DNA from: Lingula anatina
Taxonomy: Eukaryota; Animalia; Brachiopoda
Assembly (NCBI GenBank): GCA_051362555.1
Contig: CM120640.1
Span: 34,119,967 to 34,183,966 of the forward strand
Direction: 5' to 3'
Length of the DNA: 64,000 nt
A program made the position numbers and the translations under genes. This document shows positions 1 through 14,700 of this stretch, piece after piece. Each line of letters opens with the position of its first letter. Position 1 is the first letter of the stretch. The notes under the pieces are model-generated. The model saw only the letters and a program-made list of their open reading frames with translations. It was not told the origin of the DNA and did not search any database.

Positions 1-430
1 GGTATGTACTAATAATACACATATATATACTCCAATACTCAAGTCCCTGCTGTCAGAAATCAGCACTTCTCTGGTGGCAATTCTTATTCTAGGAAATGCA
101 ATCCAAGTTTCAACTGGGTCTCAGATTGCAGTTTCTACCATGAATGTATAGAAAGGACGCAGAAGAAAACAACTAATTCACCAGACATAAGACAAAGTAA
201 CAATGCTGACAAATTAAAGCACATCTAGCACCCAAGAAAAAATTACCCTCAAACGCCTTGTCTTCTGCGCAATGCAAAATAGAACAAAAATTCAATACAA
301 ATAGCTAAACTTTTAACTTTCAACGCAAGAAAGAGCACCAAATTATGTCAAATGTTGAAAGTCTTCTGCTTTTAATCAAATGCTAATCTAATATCAATAA
401 TAATAATGTGGCAAAATCAGGGTTACTTAC

Positions 431-3400
431 CACTTTCTCCAGGGGAAGAAATGAGTGATAAGGGAAGAAAAAAGGCCCCTATGGCATCATCTTCTGACAC
501 TCTGTCCCTGATGAAAAGAAATCAATTTGTGCAATTAAATACAAATACCAAATCTCTATAAAAAAGCATTAATTAAAAATAATTAGAAAACAGACTATTT
601 TTTGCTTTTACTATTATGTATAGCACTGGCTCATTTAATTTTGTTAAAATTCAACTCATAGGGACACTAGCCTTACAATGAAGATCTTAAATTTGGACAT
701 GACTACTTGTCAATTAATATTCAAGGATTAAATATTGAACTGGGCAGCAATAAGTCTATGGAGAATAATATCTCAACATTCTACAAGCTGCAGGGGTACA
801 TCAATAAGTACAAAAAAAGCAAATAAACCATTAAACATAGCCAAAAGTGCATGAACTGAATGTGATTAATCCTTACAATAAAGTGTTACATCAAAAGCAT
901 TTTTTATGGCATCAGAGGTTGATGTCACTATTCCAGTTTAAATATACTACCAGTTTTATCAAAAATAGTACCAGTTTTAACAAAAGCATTATAATTGTAT
1001 TAATTCATCATAAATGCTGACATAACCAAACCCTGCATATTCTATATATCATTAATAATATTAAAATAAATTATATCATTTTGTGTGAATCATATTAATT
1101 AAGCAAACACGTGAGTCAATGTTAACAGTTGACAAAAAAAAAGTCCAATTTCACAGTAGAGTTTACTATAATTATAAATTGCTCTCTCATTGGGATAACA
1201 ATGGTTGAACAAATACTGAAATGAATTAACATGTTCAATAAAAAACAACAAAAGAGTTTCGCAATTTTTGGAACAGACAACAATAAAAACAACTAAACCA
1301 AGACTGACGATACATATTTCAAATCATAAAACACATATCGAAAATGAAACACAAAACTGGTGTGCAAAATATATAATCTAGTCAGTAATACATGAATAAA
1401 CAACAATACATTATGTTGGGTATTATTTGGATAAGTTACAATGTAAATCTCATGTTATGTATACTACCTTTTTCTTGCTACACAAAACTGGTGTTACGCT
1501 GTGTGTATAAATTGCAAAATTTAATGAGGAAAATGTCTGCCTGCACACAGTATTTTACATAGTAAATAAAACTGAACTGAATTACACCAAGTCTTTATTA
1601 TTATCAAGTGGTGTCTACCCTGCATTATTTCACAAATAACTTGCTTTGAATAAAGCCAAAAAATCAACTGCTTTAAATACAGCTGTGCAAACACCTTGAT
1701 TTCAATAAAGACTTCTGACAATTCAGCACTCAATTTTCTCTACCAGGATAATTCTATTTTGATTCAGTCTAATTACAATTCATCATATGGGTATGTGTAA
1801 ATATGGAAAACTACGGCCATCAAGGATTTACCAAAACACATTAGTGTCAATGAAACTGAAACCATTAATATACAATCTGTCTTTATGAAGTTAATTGTGT
1901 TCATTCTCTACTTACCAATCCATCACCTGTAGTTTAACTCTCTCACACATGGATGGGAACTGTAAATAAAAACATACAACTAAATAGACACCAAGGGGGA
2001 TAATGAGAACTTGCCCATTTCAAAAACAAATAAAATTATATAAATAACTTAATAAATTAATGGTTAACTGAAATTTTGGCACTAAGAACTGATGTACAGT
2101 AGTTTGTTAAGGAAAGTATTTGCTCATAAAGAAGTGAGAAGATTATTCCAGCCGTCCAAAGGTCTGAACATGTTATTCCGTCTTAAACAAAGCAAGACGA
2201 CAAAGCAGTAATGAGGGTCATGTGATCTGCGAAGTCGCAAACACGAATCGGGGGCTTGACCCAAACACACCTTTTCTAGAAGGATCGAGTCAAAATGTAG
2301 ACTTGTAACAAGCAGAGATAAGGTATGAATAGGCAGTGAGAATGCAGTAAAACTTAATAATTTTAATTATTAAAATAGGAACTGACTGATTGTGCACATT
2401 TCAACCTTTTTGATGATACACGTAGACTCACATAAGACTACGGTACAAAATGGCCATGTCACAGCTAACACAATAGGCCTAAGCCACACTATATACTCCA
2501 CGAATGAAAATGATATGTAATCAAAGTACCTATCGTATAGACAATGGATAACATCGCCAAATGCTTTACTCCAGCCAATACACAATCTGTCTTTATGAAG
2601 TCAATTGTGTTCATGTAAATACAGACATACAACTAAATAGATACCAGGGGGATAATGAGAACTTGCTCATTTCAAAAACAAATAAAATTATATAAATAAG
2701 TTAATAAATCAATAAATAAAATGTACACAGTCCCAAAAAGAAATAATTTAATATTCCAATATAAAATAAAAATGATTTAAACTGACAATTGTTTATGTGT
2801 TCGACTATAACATACTGCACTGTTCATAAACAAGCATGATGATGAACAACCCATGTATTAACTCATTTGATAGCACTTAATATATGTTAGACTGCATCAC
2901 AGTCAATTACTTTAGTAACAAGGGTCCAAGTATTTTTAAAAACATACCATCAGTCCAAGTCTTAGCTCTTGGTTATACTCTGGATTAGCATTGTTGTACA
3001 AGGTCTTGGAGGATACCTAAAATATAGAATATATATTTAAATTCCATTTCTGAATCAAATAATTTACATCACTTCCCAACAGAGTTAATATTTCTACCGT
3101 ATCACAGTGTTTGAAATGATTGGACATTTTTATATAATTTGAAATGCTTTTAAACACATGATTTCTGAAAATAATTTCAGTGATAAAAATCTTGCCTCTT
3201 TTCCAGCAAAAGAAAAGATGACATAAGGGTCAACAAGTTCTTTTTGTTCTTCTCCAATTCTGAGTAATTTCTTCACTCCTTGCATCAGATCTGAATCCAC
3301 TGTAAGAAAAGAAAAAATTAAAATAAAATTATTATAATAATGCTTACTTTATAAGCCGTTTGCAAACAACTAAAAAAATATAAAGCTCTAACTGCAACTT

Positions 3401-6400
3401 ATTTGTTCAAAATTATATGGGGTGTTTGGACAGTCTCTGACAGCCAAAAAATAATCAGGGAGTACAAATAGAAAAGCTTCCATGATAGAAAGGCCTACTC
3501 ACTCCTGGGTATATCTTCTCCTCTGTACAGTCTCAATGTGAAGGTTCCTGGCCGCAGCTTCACTCCTGCAGGTCGCAACAAGTTTCTAAAATAAATAATA
3601 ATAATAACATGAAAATTAAAGCGCAATTTGCCAACTGGTACAATATGTGCCAAGACTTCCAAATGATTATGACATGGACATGAAACATTCAAATATATCT
3701 GAAAGTGGAATCCTTGTCTGAAAAAAGGCAGGGGTAAAAAAAAAGCAGAAAATTGCAATCATATCAGACAATTACATACAACAAGAAACAGGATAAGATA
3801 ACATGGTTACTTACGCTTCAATGTCTTCCTCTTCATCCTTTCCAGAGGTCTTGAAATCCTTGAATAAAAATATCAAATAAATAAACATTTCATTCTTCAT
3901 TTTCCACGCAGCTTGGCCATCTTTAATTTTACAAAATAAAGATTTTAAAGCTTGAAAGTCTAGAAACTATTCATTTGGTATCCAAACAATGAGTGAAGAT
4001 CACTTTTAATCAATATGATTCATGCATGTACACACGCACACACACACACACACACACACTCAACAGGCATGCATGTGCACGCATGCAGACACAACTTGTC
4101 AACTTACAGGAGCAGAGTCCCCTGGGCCTAGGACCACGATGGACATCTTGAGGTAACCTTTAGATCCTCCCATAGGATCCTCTGGGTCTGTCAACAATAG
4201 CCATTTGTTCAACATGGCATGTTTTGGAGACTCGTACACCATACCAATATCAAACTACAATACAGAATAAGTGATGATAATGAAGTTAGTTGTTTGTTAA
4301 GAGACTATCATCATTACACAAGAGGGTATGAAGTGAAAAACTCACTTTGCCACAAAATATAAGGCTTGAGGATTTTGAGAAATTTATTTATTTTTAACAA
4401 ATCTTACATTAATTTCATAGTAAAACTTAAATGGTCAAAGCCATTGATATCTGTGCTATTAGTAAAACATCAAAGCAACAATTTTATTAATTAATTCAGT
4501 GATGATGCAATGATTATGACACCTTTATTTTTGTGCAACCTACCTTGAAAGACCCAAGCAAGGCATCTGATCTCAGCTTTCTTGAATTAAATACCTGAAA
4601 GAAAAAATCAATATAACTTAACATCAACTCAAAAATTTTCAATCATGCCCTTGAAAGTACAACTCATAACTCCCCTTATTGTCTTAAGCTTTTATATGTA
4701 TTCTTGGTGGAAAAATAAAACTTTTAAAAGAATTCACCTTGAATTCAACCAGCTCATCAAACAGCTCTGCAGGTGAGGCATGAAAGTTGCAAAAGAAGAC
4801 CTCATTCCAGTAGGGGGAGTTAGTGGACTTCTTCACATGGGTCTGTTTTAGCTGGTTGTAGACACTGACTTGTGCCACGGGGTGAATGTTAGAGCCTTGT
4901 AACTGTCTGGCCTCTGTCACTCTGATCCTCACCTAAGGTGACATAAAAAAGGAAAGAAGAATTTCATACCTCACTGATCATCATAAAATCTTAGTTACAC
5001 CATAGTTGTGGATTCTTATCAATCATTCAGATTACCATTTTGATTACCTGGTTTAAGTATAACTATAAGATCTCTGAGTTTGGGAAAATATATATAAAAT
5101 ATATATTGTGTTTGTCACTGATATCTTTATTGAATTTTGTACTTCTCAGGATGGAGATTTAAAAGAGATGTATGGCATTGCTAATCAAACCTGAGAAATT
5201 GACACTTAAATTTTAGTGTGACTTTGGAAATGGAAACTGTTTTGAATAGTACATGTAACTAAAAAAGTATCTGAGATGGACTTTAAGAGATTACCATGAA
5301 AAGACTGTGGTTGCTGTAGGTTTGAAAGAAGCAAAAAGTTTGAAGAAAAAACTTGTGCTAACTCAGAAAACATTTCCAATTATCTTTACCAGTCAGATGT
5401 AAAGTTGTAGGTTTATGATATTATTTATTTGCATCTTCAGTTCTAATTTTATGCTCTTAATATCTGAATGGTTTTTAGTAAGTGGCACTAAGATGCATGT
5501 GTAGTGTGGTTTGTTTTAAAGAAATAAATTAGCATTACTTCTATTAATGTAAGTATAATGAGCACAATGAGTCAGACAGGATCTATTCTGAAATGAAAAC
5601 TGGTAACATCGTATCAATATATGAAACAGAAATCAAGAGTTGAATTCACAGGTTGTGATTCAACAATGTGGTCCTGATAACAGGAAGGGTGGGAGTCACT
5701 GCTGATGATAACTGATGAGATAGGACCTCCCAGGTATACCAAACAGTGAAACATTTCAATACAGTAACTATAATCTTCCAAAGCCCCATTCCAATTCATT
5801 CAGTGAAAATATCAATGTGGTTTATTAAAAACTGCACTTTAAGTTATTAGAAATAAAATTGATCAACAATTTTTTCTCTGGATTATATCACTGAGAGAGG
5901 TAGTTGTCACAGGTGCTTCACACAGTTACCAGTGGTTGTCAGACCACAGAAGTGGTTGAAAGCCAACATTAACTTTCACTGAACTTATACTGTATTTGTT
6001 GGAATGGCAGAAGAAAAACTGTCAGTGTTACGATCGAGAGAAAGTAAAAGTCACAATATTTCAAACGACCTGGATAGATAAACTTACATTAGATCTTATA
6101 TTATTCACCTCATTATCTGTCCATCTGTATAAGATCATAAACTCTTATTATAATCTTTAAATTATTCAAGACCAGTTACCTGGAAATCTTGAGGTTTGTT
6201 GGATAACTTCCCTCTATACCTCTTCCTTTTTCTTTTCCTTTTCTTCCCCCCACCAGGTGCACCAGGTACCCCGCCACCACCATCAGCAGCATCACCACCA
6301 TCAGCAGCATCACCTTCATCTCCTTCCATATCCTCATCCTCTTCTCCATCCTCAACTATACCTCCACCAACTTCATCTGAAAATGTAAGTTTTATACATT

Positions 6401-9400
6401 TTACAGTTAAATAAGGACAATGTTTTTAATAATTTGCAAAGTCAAATATCTACCCAAATACTTTGAATTACATAAAACAAAAACAAAAACTGACAAGAAA
6501 AACAAAACAAGATATAATTTTGTTTTTCTTGCCAGTTTTTGTTTTGTGTAAAGCAAAGTATTCGGGTACATGACTTTGCTTTACACAAAACAAAAACTGG
6601 CAAGAAAAACAAAATTATATCTTGGGCCCAAGTATGTAAAAGTATAAATTATTTGGAGCCTGGTAGAGAGCCAATAAAGTAAAAAAAAAAAAAAAAAATA
6701 CATAAATAAAACTGCAGTATCACCTTAGTCACAATTCACAGACATTACACACTGGTTACATATTTTGCTGCATGACAGCAGACAATCAGTTTTTATAGTT
6801 ATACCTGACTAGCATCAGATTTTTTTTTCTATTTTCAACATGTAACCCAGTTTGCAATTGCCTAATGTAATGATGGACCAAAAATTCAAAACAATAAATG
6901 TTATTGTTAACATGGACTATATATCAAAACAAATAATGCTTTATTTGTAGCACATACCTGGAGCAGCATCTGCTGTTGCAGCAGTTTGTTTTTGTATAGG
7001 TGGACTGTAGACAATTTTCAGCTTAATGGAGGCCTGAAACAAAATATATGGGATGTCTAGTAGTGGTGGTACTTGATCAACTCTCACTGTGTGCAATACA
7101 CTATGAATGGTCTGATAATTATTCCAATAAAATTAAGAAAAGTTGTTTAGAGTAGCCTTTAAGTTTCTTTGGCCCTTTTCACCTCAAGCAGGGAATTAAA
7201 TGGGATGAGAAGTTGACAACTTAATGGCCTAGCTATTATGTAAGAAATGCACCTAAAATAAACAACATACTGAAAAAATCAACATAAAAAATTAATATGA
7301 CTGTGCCAAGCAACTCTTTTAACTGTATAATTAGAGAATTTCTCTACAAATATTAAACACATGTATGAAGTCAAAGATCTTCCCATGATAACAGTTGTCA
7401 GAGTATATCTAGCAGTAAATAAATCACAGGAACCATATAAACTTGACCAGGGGCTAGCAGTCAAGTTTCCACTACACCTTAGAATGCAGACCTAATGCAA
7501 ACCAGATTCACAGCAGTTTAAATCTAGACAGAAAATAAACAAGTTGTTTTGTCTTTTCTCATGCATGGGTTCCGACTTTAAAAAAATGGGGAAAAAAAGA
7601 AAGTGCCACTGCAGTGTCACTGGTCACCATTTAATGAGCAAGAGCATGCAAATACCAGTAGATAAAAAAATTTGCTTAATATTAATGTGCCTAAACTGAC
7701 CACTTCAGTTATGTGGTCAAATACCTATGGCAACTGTTTTAGAATGACAGATGTATAAAGTGATATGCCAACTTGAGTGTGGGGTTAGACCAACCAAAAT
7801 ATGTGGTCATTGTTTACACATTTAATTTGGCAAAGTTCTAAAATTCATAATGTACTGAATGAATAATGGTGTTCAGAATGAAGACATCTCAGATGTCACA
7901 AAAAGCTCCTGGTCTTGACAGTCTAAAGATTCCCTTCTTACACCCATAAAACACAGATACTAGGTATGGTGTTTTATGTTTTTCTATCATTAATAACATG
8001 TGTCTAGAATTTTAAAGGTCGGTATATGAGCTCTTTATTACAGACTGAAATAGGAAAGTACAACATAGGAAACTAATTGTAATGGATGTTTTTAATTACT
8101 GCAACAAGTAAAGTATTATACAGTTTTAAAAATTGCAATCAGTTTGTTTTCATATAGTAATAAGAACTGCATATTTATCAAAGAAAAAAAAAAAACTCAA
8201 GCCCTTTAATCAGCTTGTTAAGTGTTTGAAAATGTCAAAAACCCTGAGGCTGAAGAAATTAAAATGGTTACAGACATTTTGCCACTGTGCCTTAGGAATT
8301 GTTGATTTGGTTTAATTGTTTGAGTTGTTTTAAGTTAATACCTATTTAATTTTAACTAATTTTGGCGAAAACATCCAGCATTGATTTACCCAGGAAGAAT
8401 TGCGTCAAACAATATAGTGTCCGAGACACGAAAATACATTGAAAAAACTTAAACATGTGTGAGATGAACTACTAATAAATATAGGTCTCATATTGCTCAT
8501 GGCTGGCACATTTGTAAACATTTAGTATTTAGAAAGAAACCAATCAAAATAGTAATGGTGTCTCATGCAGAAATATTAATTTCTACATTTTGTAATTTTG
8601 TAATTTTTCTGTTTAAAAGCAAAACTATGCTGTCTATGCAATACAAATTGAATATATATATATAAACCAGAACTTAACACAACTGCAGGATAACTGATAA
8701 TGAAAGGTTCAAATATATTGTACTGTCAAGTAAGGGTTAATCTTCCCATGCTCTGGAATCCAGAATGTTCTTTTTTTTCTGAAACTATTCTAACTATCTC
8801 CAAGGGCATAAAAACACCACATCTGTTCTTGATTGTACTGTACTACAATTTTACATTGCAAGTCATACACACAATAATGCAGCTCTCCACTTTTGATAAG
8901 CTTTGTCATTAATTTCCTCTCTTTTTACCAATTGGATACTTATATCCCATAAAAATGGTAATAACATTCCAATATGTCTGCAAAAAAGGGTAGTTTGGGT
9001 GTTTTTTTTATTGTTTGTGCTTTCAGGAATAGATATATTTACAGCATCAAGACCACTGTAGAAAATATAACTGACATGTTCAGAATTTCAACAAGGGGTG
9101 GAGAAAGGTGTTTAAATACCTAAATTTTCTCAACATGTCTATATGCAAAAAAAAAAAAAAAAAAAAAAATCCTATGAATTTTAAAGCAAACTTAAGAGGC
9201 ACTTGGCTCCCGTATATCCCAACTGCTACCAAAAATCAGCCTAGATAGAAATAATACCATACTAAAAAGACAACGGTCTTCTCAGCAGAAATTCCAACTA
9301 ATGTATTTTGTAAATAAGCATGCTATCGATGTTCCAATCGTGAATTATATAGCACAGACAATAGGAAGGACAGGTATGCCATGGATGGACTGATAAACAT

Positions 9401-11628
9401 ATTGTCTGCATGCAGAAAATACATTAACACATACATATATCAGAAACTTAGAGACACTAGGTTAAGAAGAGGGTTATTTCATAGGAAAGTTACACTAGCA
9501 GCCACTTTATATTATAGTCTGATCACATTATACAATGTACATCATCCCTGTAGGAAGGGTTGGGGGGGGGGGGGGTTAGAAAGAACTGCACTTTCTCTTG
9601 AAAAGGGCCTGTTCTAAAACAAAACTTGATCAAGCTTCAACTCCATTTTTCAAGTTGGGTCAACTAAGCGGTTTAAAAAGTTCCACTATTTTTGACATAA
9701 AAATCACCATTTAAAATGATTGTATACTGGTTTGAGCAGCATGTTTAATGTATATCAGGATTTTATAGATTGGAATATTATCATCTAGATTAGATTATTA
9801 TCAAATAGTCAAATGCATATCACTATATTGTAACTGGTTTGACATATCTTGTTTTCAAAGACAAAACCATTCTTGTAAAAACTACACTAAGTACCACAAC
9901 ATTTTGTGTTGTTAAATATATTGCCCGCTGTAAATCATTGATGCCATGAAGTAATCTTTTATTTCAATCAATGTTGGTGGCTAACTTGCAAAATTATTGA
10001 AGCATCAATGCAAAACCAGCATACAATAGAACAAATACCTCAAAATAAAGTACATTAAAACTTGTACTTAGGGTACACTATGACAAAAACAATAAGGTGA
10101 TTAATATGATGGTCCTTATGAACAAAAATTACAATTATATAATATTTAAGGCTTAGTTATGTTACTACATTTGCAGTTAAATTCTAACTCAGATCAAGGT
10201 AAAGCATATATATATATATATATATCAAGGGATAAGTAAAACTCTCCATTAACTCATTGTAATGCCTTTTGTATATAGATTTTGTCTACACTGGCATAAA
10301 AAAATGCTGAAGATAAAAAAGTCATCTATTTTAGGAAGATGCTATATTTGATTTCAGTGAACAATCTGACCTAAAATATTTTATGTATTTATTTTGCGTG
10401 TACTTTTGCAGTTTTGCCATCCATTTGAAAGGTGTACTACTCAGAACTAGAAGGAGTAAGTGGTAAAAATAAAATCTAAACAATTTACAAAAAGTATTAG
10501 TCAATGCCATTCAGAACTCAGATTAATAGCTACCAACAAACAAACACCTTATGTTTCTGACATTTGTGCCAAAGCCAATTACAAGGTTCCCCAATTATTT
10601 CTACATTTCCTGACATCATATCTTCTCAATTAAATGGACAAATTTTAAATACCAGTACATGTTACTCATTAAGCAGAGAAATACACTTCCAGATTCAAAA
10701 GGCCTGCAAGCACAGAACTATAATTTTACCATCACATAACAGATGACAGTGGCACATATATCAATATAGTAATGCCCAGACACATATTTAGATTCCAAAC
10801 ATTTTTCTCCAGTCTGGACAATAGTGGGTTATGCCATAAGTACCATCCAGTCTAAACATGCAGTGTGTTATTAGATGGAGAAAAATAGCATGACTATCAT
10901 ATAGAACTGGGCACTTACTGCCAAGGTTCTCTTGTTAGCATCTTGCAAAGGTAGGTCAAGCTCAACTGCGTGACTGCCTGTCTGAACATCTTTCAAGGGT
11001 ACTGTTACTGCACCCAGGAGCCTGAAACAAAGTGAACAAGCACATGATAAATCTTACTTCTAAGAGCTAACAGTATTAGAGATATTTTTTTGCTATCTTC
11101 CAAATGATCCTTGTTGATCCATTTTCCACTTTTAACTGTCTCCCGACAGAAAAAAATTTAGATAGTCATCAGTGTAAACTTGAAAAATTCTGACCGTCTT
11201 CCAGAAGATCCAGAAAACAGCTTCCATCCCCCCCCCCCTGAATAATTACAGCATACACTCCCATGTTGGCTGAGGATTGTACTAGTATAAGATAAAAACT
11301 CCTCTTAGGCACAGACATTCAGGTCTTTGGTAAATTTATTGAGTCAACTAATAAGGCATCTTTAAAAAATCTATCTGAAAAGACTTGGAACATGGGAAAC
11401 ACACCTGCACAACCACCTGAGTCAGAGTGTATACCACAGACCTGGTTTATAAGACTGCACCTGGTGCTCCTTTCTTTGTTTAATTTTTTAAATGTTATTT
11501 CACACTTACATATATACACATGAATACCAACAAAAACATGCCCACACAAATATGCCCTGTCAAGACTGTGCTATTTACCAGCACTCTAGATTGTAATTGT
11601 AATTTTTTACCAATGTGAGCATAATTAA

Positions 11629-11726
<98 letters not shown>

Positions 11727-14700
11727 TAACATACCTGTTTCTTCCAATCTTCTCCCAGTCTTTGACCTGTACCTCCAGCTGGTCTCCTGGTGATAGGGCA
11801 TTGCCTTGGAGGTCAAACACCAGGCTCTACAATAGAGAATAGAATATGAAGCTCATTTTAATGTAAAATCAAATTCATTTTAAAAGCTTCACTATTAACC
11901 CCCCCCCCCCCCCCCCACACACACACACAGAGTGGATTTAATTTTAATATAAAATCAAATTCAAGTTGTATGCAAAGCATCACTGGGCACCCCCCTCTCT
12001 TTTTATTTGCCTCTTAATTTTAATCTATTAATAACATGTTAAATAATTTATGCATGTGTATTGAGAAGCATTTACCTGTTGATTAGTTACTTAAACTGTT
12101 GGCATTTATTATCTGTCTATGAGAAACCCAACACTAAAAGCTTTTATTTCCAAAAAACGAAAAAAAAAAATGAAATTGGATTTAAAGATTTTAAGATTTT
12201 GAACAAGATTAGAATGGAAGGAGGATTGCACTATAACAATTAGCTGAAAAAAGTTCAGTTTCTCAAGTATACGGGTATGTGAGCAGAGAAAATTGACCTA
12301 ACATGTTACCCGGATATGTTTTATAATATATCAATTTCCTCTTTTTGCCATAAGCTTGATATGTTCATTCATTCATGACTAATAATATGTGTAATGAGCT
12401 GTTATTATTTAATATCCGGCATCTGCATGCACAGCTGTCTGGTCACAATTATCGATCAGTTATAATGTAACCATGCCAATATATATGTAAAAAGCATTAT
12501 AGTTTTATACTTTCAAGGTAAATTCTGTCTCATTCTATTATGTGGTGTTAGTTTAAACAAACATAAATTAACAGATACAAAACTGTCACATGGTCCAAAA
12601 TGCCCAAAACAAATAAATCAATGTGCCTTCATAACATATAAATATTCATAACATTATTGTTCTCCGAAGTTCATATTTAAGGTCATTTAAGTGCAAGCCA
12701 AATATAATTTAACTATCATTTCCATCTGGGACATTTTGAAAAAGGATATGAACTAGCAAATTTTTCATTATCATTCCAAACTGCCAGTATTTGTCATCCT
12801 TATTAATGGCCCAACTTTAAAAAAATTATCAAACAGAATAATTAATATATATAATACTCACTTGGTTCCATACAGGGTTATCTTCATCTTTGATTACTTC
12901 AGTTTTCTTTTTGATACCTATTAAGGATAAGTAATACAGTATACAAAAAAAAAAAAAAAAAAAAAGAATTTTTAGAGGTTTTGATAGAGGTGGCAGCCAC
13001 TGGGCATCTAAAACACATTTGAATAAAAAAACATTTCTGGCTGAATAACACAAAAAGAAACATTCAAATCCTTTATGCCATTAAATCACACATGGTACTC
13101 TATGCATAGTTTTTAACACTATACAATGTAACTGATATCAGTGAAGATTCATCAAATGAAGAAGTCTTCTCAAAATTGTAATTGTATTTTTTTTTTTGGC
13201 TTAATTGAAACTTGCTTAAGTGACAATTAACAGATACTATAAACTTGTCAATACGGGTTTTCCCAGCGAACTGTCCAGTTGTCATTTGGACAACTGGAAG
13301 CATCACCGGACAGCCTACTAGTACATTTTCAAAGACAGATGGACAGCTTATGGATTTTTTGGAAATTTGATGGCTTTAGGCATACTTAGATTCCCTGAAA
13401 TTATGTAGGAAATTACAAGTGGTAATTTTGGATGGCCTGTACCCCCAATCATGGGAAAAGCCCGCTTGTCAATTAGGCCTGAATAAAAAGGCCAAAAACC
13501 CTACCATTTGTTTCTCTTATAATTTAAACATATTATATATGCTAGCAAAGGGCAAAGTAAATGGTTGCGTACAGATTAAAAATAACCAAACATACAGGCC
13601 TGACACCCACATGCTAAAGATAACACAATCCATGTCACCATGAGGGAATGTCCCTCTGAATGGAGACAACAAAATGTGATCTGATAAGCCAGAAATTTCG
13701 GTCACTTCCTATCAGCTTATCACCAGAATACCCTATGTACAATAATAGGTGGAGCATAAAATTACCAGCATAACATCTCATAATAAAATAAAAACACAAA
13801 AGAAGACAACTGGCAAACAAGTTTGTGTCAACATGACAGGAAATGTACTAGTTTACAACAAACAATTTTATAATGAGATCATGAGGGAAAAAATGAGTGT
13901 TCTTCATATGACCAAATCTATTTTGATTTCACTCTCACTGTCTGCTTACGTTTTCTGAGGTCCAATATCATGTAATATAGGAGACAATTCAATCTTTATA
14001 CACTTAATTATCATTCAATAAAATCATTGGAAACTGTATTCAGTGTCAATAAGTGTATAATATATGATAACAGCAGGCAAATTATGCTATAAACCCTTTG
14101 GATTGAAAACTATGAAGACTTGTTGAAAATTAAATTATTGAACTTTCTAGACTAGTTAGAACTTTCCTCTTCTTTCGCTTCTCTAGTTGTGGTTAACTTA
14201 ATGCAAAATGTGGCTTTACATAGAAAAGACTTGACAATGTTTAACCAGCTGATACATTATCAGGAAATGACAATCCTCCCAATAGATTAAGCAACAAAAC
14301 TACTAACACATATACTGACACATTAAATATAAAACACTATAAATGATGTATATAGAACTCTCTAAGATAACATTTTTAAAAATGAGCCATTTTACTGTAT
14401 TTTCACCCAATCAATGACAGAGTGGTAAAAACATCACAAAAACTTTTATCATTTAAGATCTTCAAAAAGTTTACATTTTAAAAAGAACTATTAGGATACT
14501 ACTTGTATCCCTGCTGACATACTTAATTTCACACGTAAATCAAAAGTTATCCAGTAAAAAGACTTGACCCTTATCACTATAACAGGATCTTTATAGAGAT
14601 AAAAAAATACAATTCTGCCTTGGTAAATACTGATAAGACACATGGCTCTGTTCAACAGACTCCTCAGATTGTTTGCTTTACAGAATGTGCAGCAATAATA

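Noticed and set aside
6196-6414. Plus-strand Pro/Ser-rich ORF
   Set aside because: It is the antisense shadow of the acidic/basic ferlin exon.
11495-11842. ORFs with CVCV/HTHT runs (also 55299-55754)
   Set aside because: They are translations of (CA)n microsatellites.
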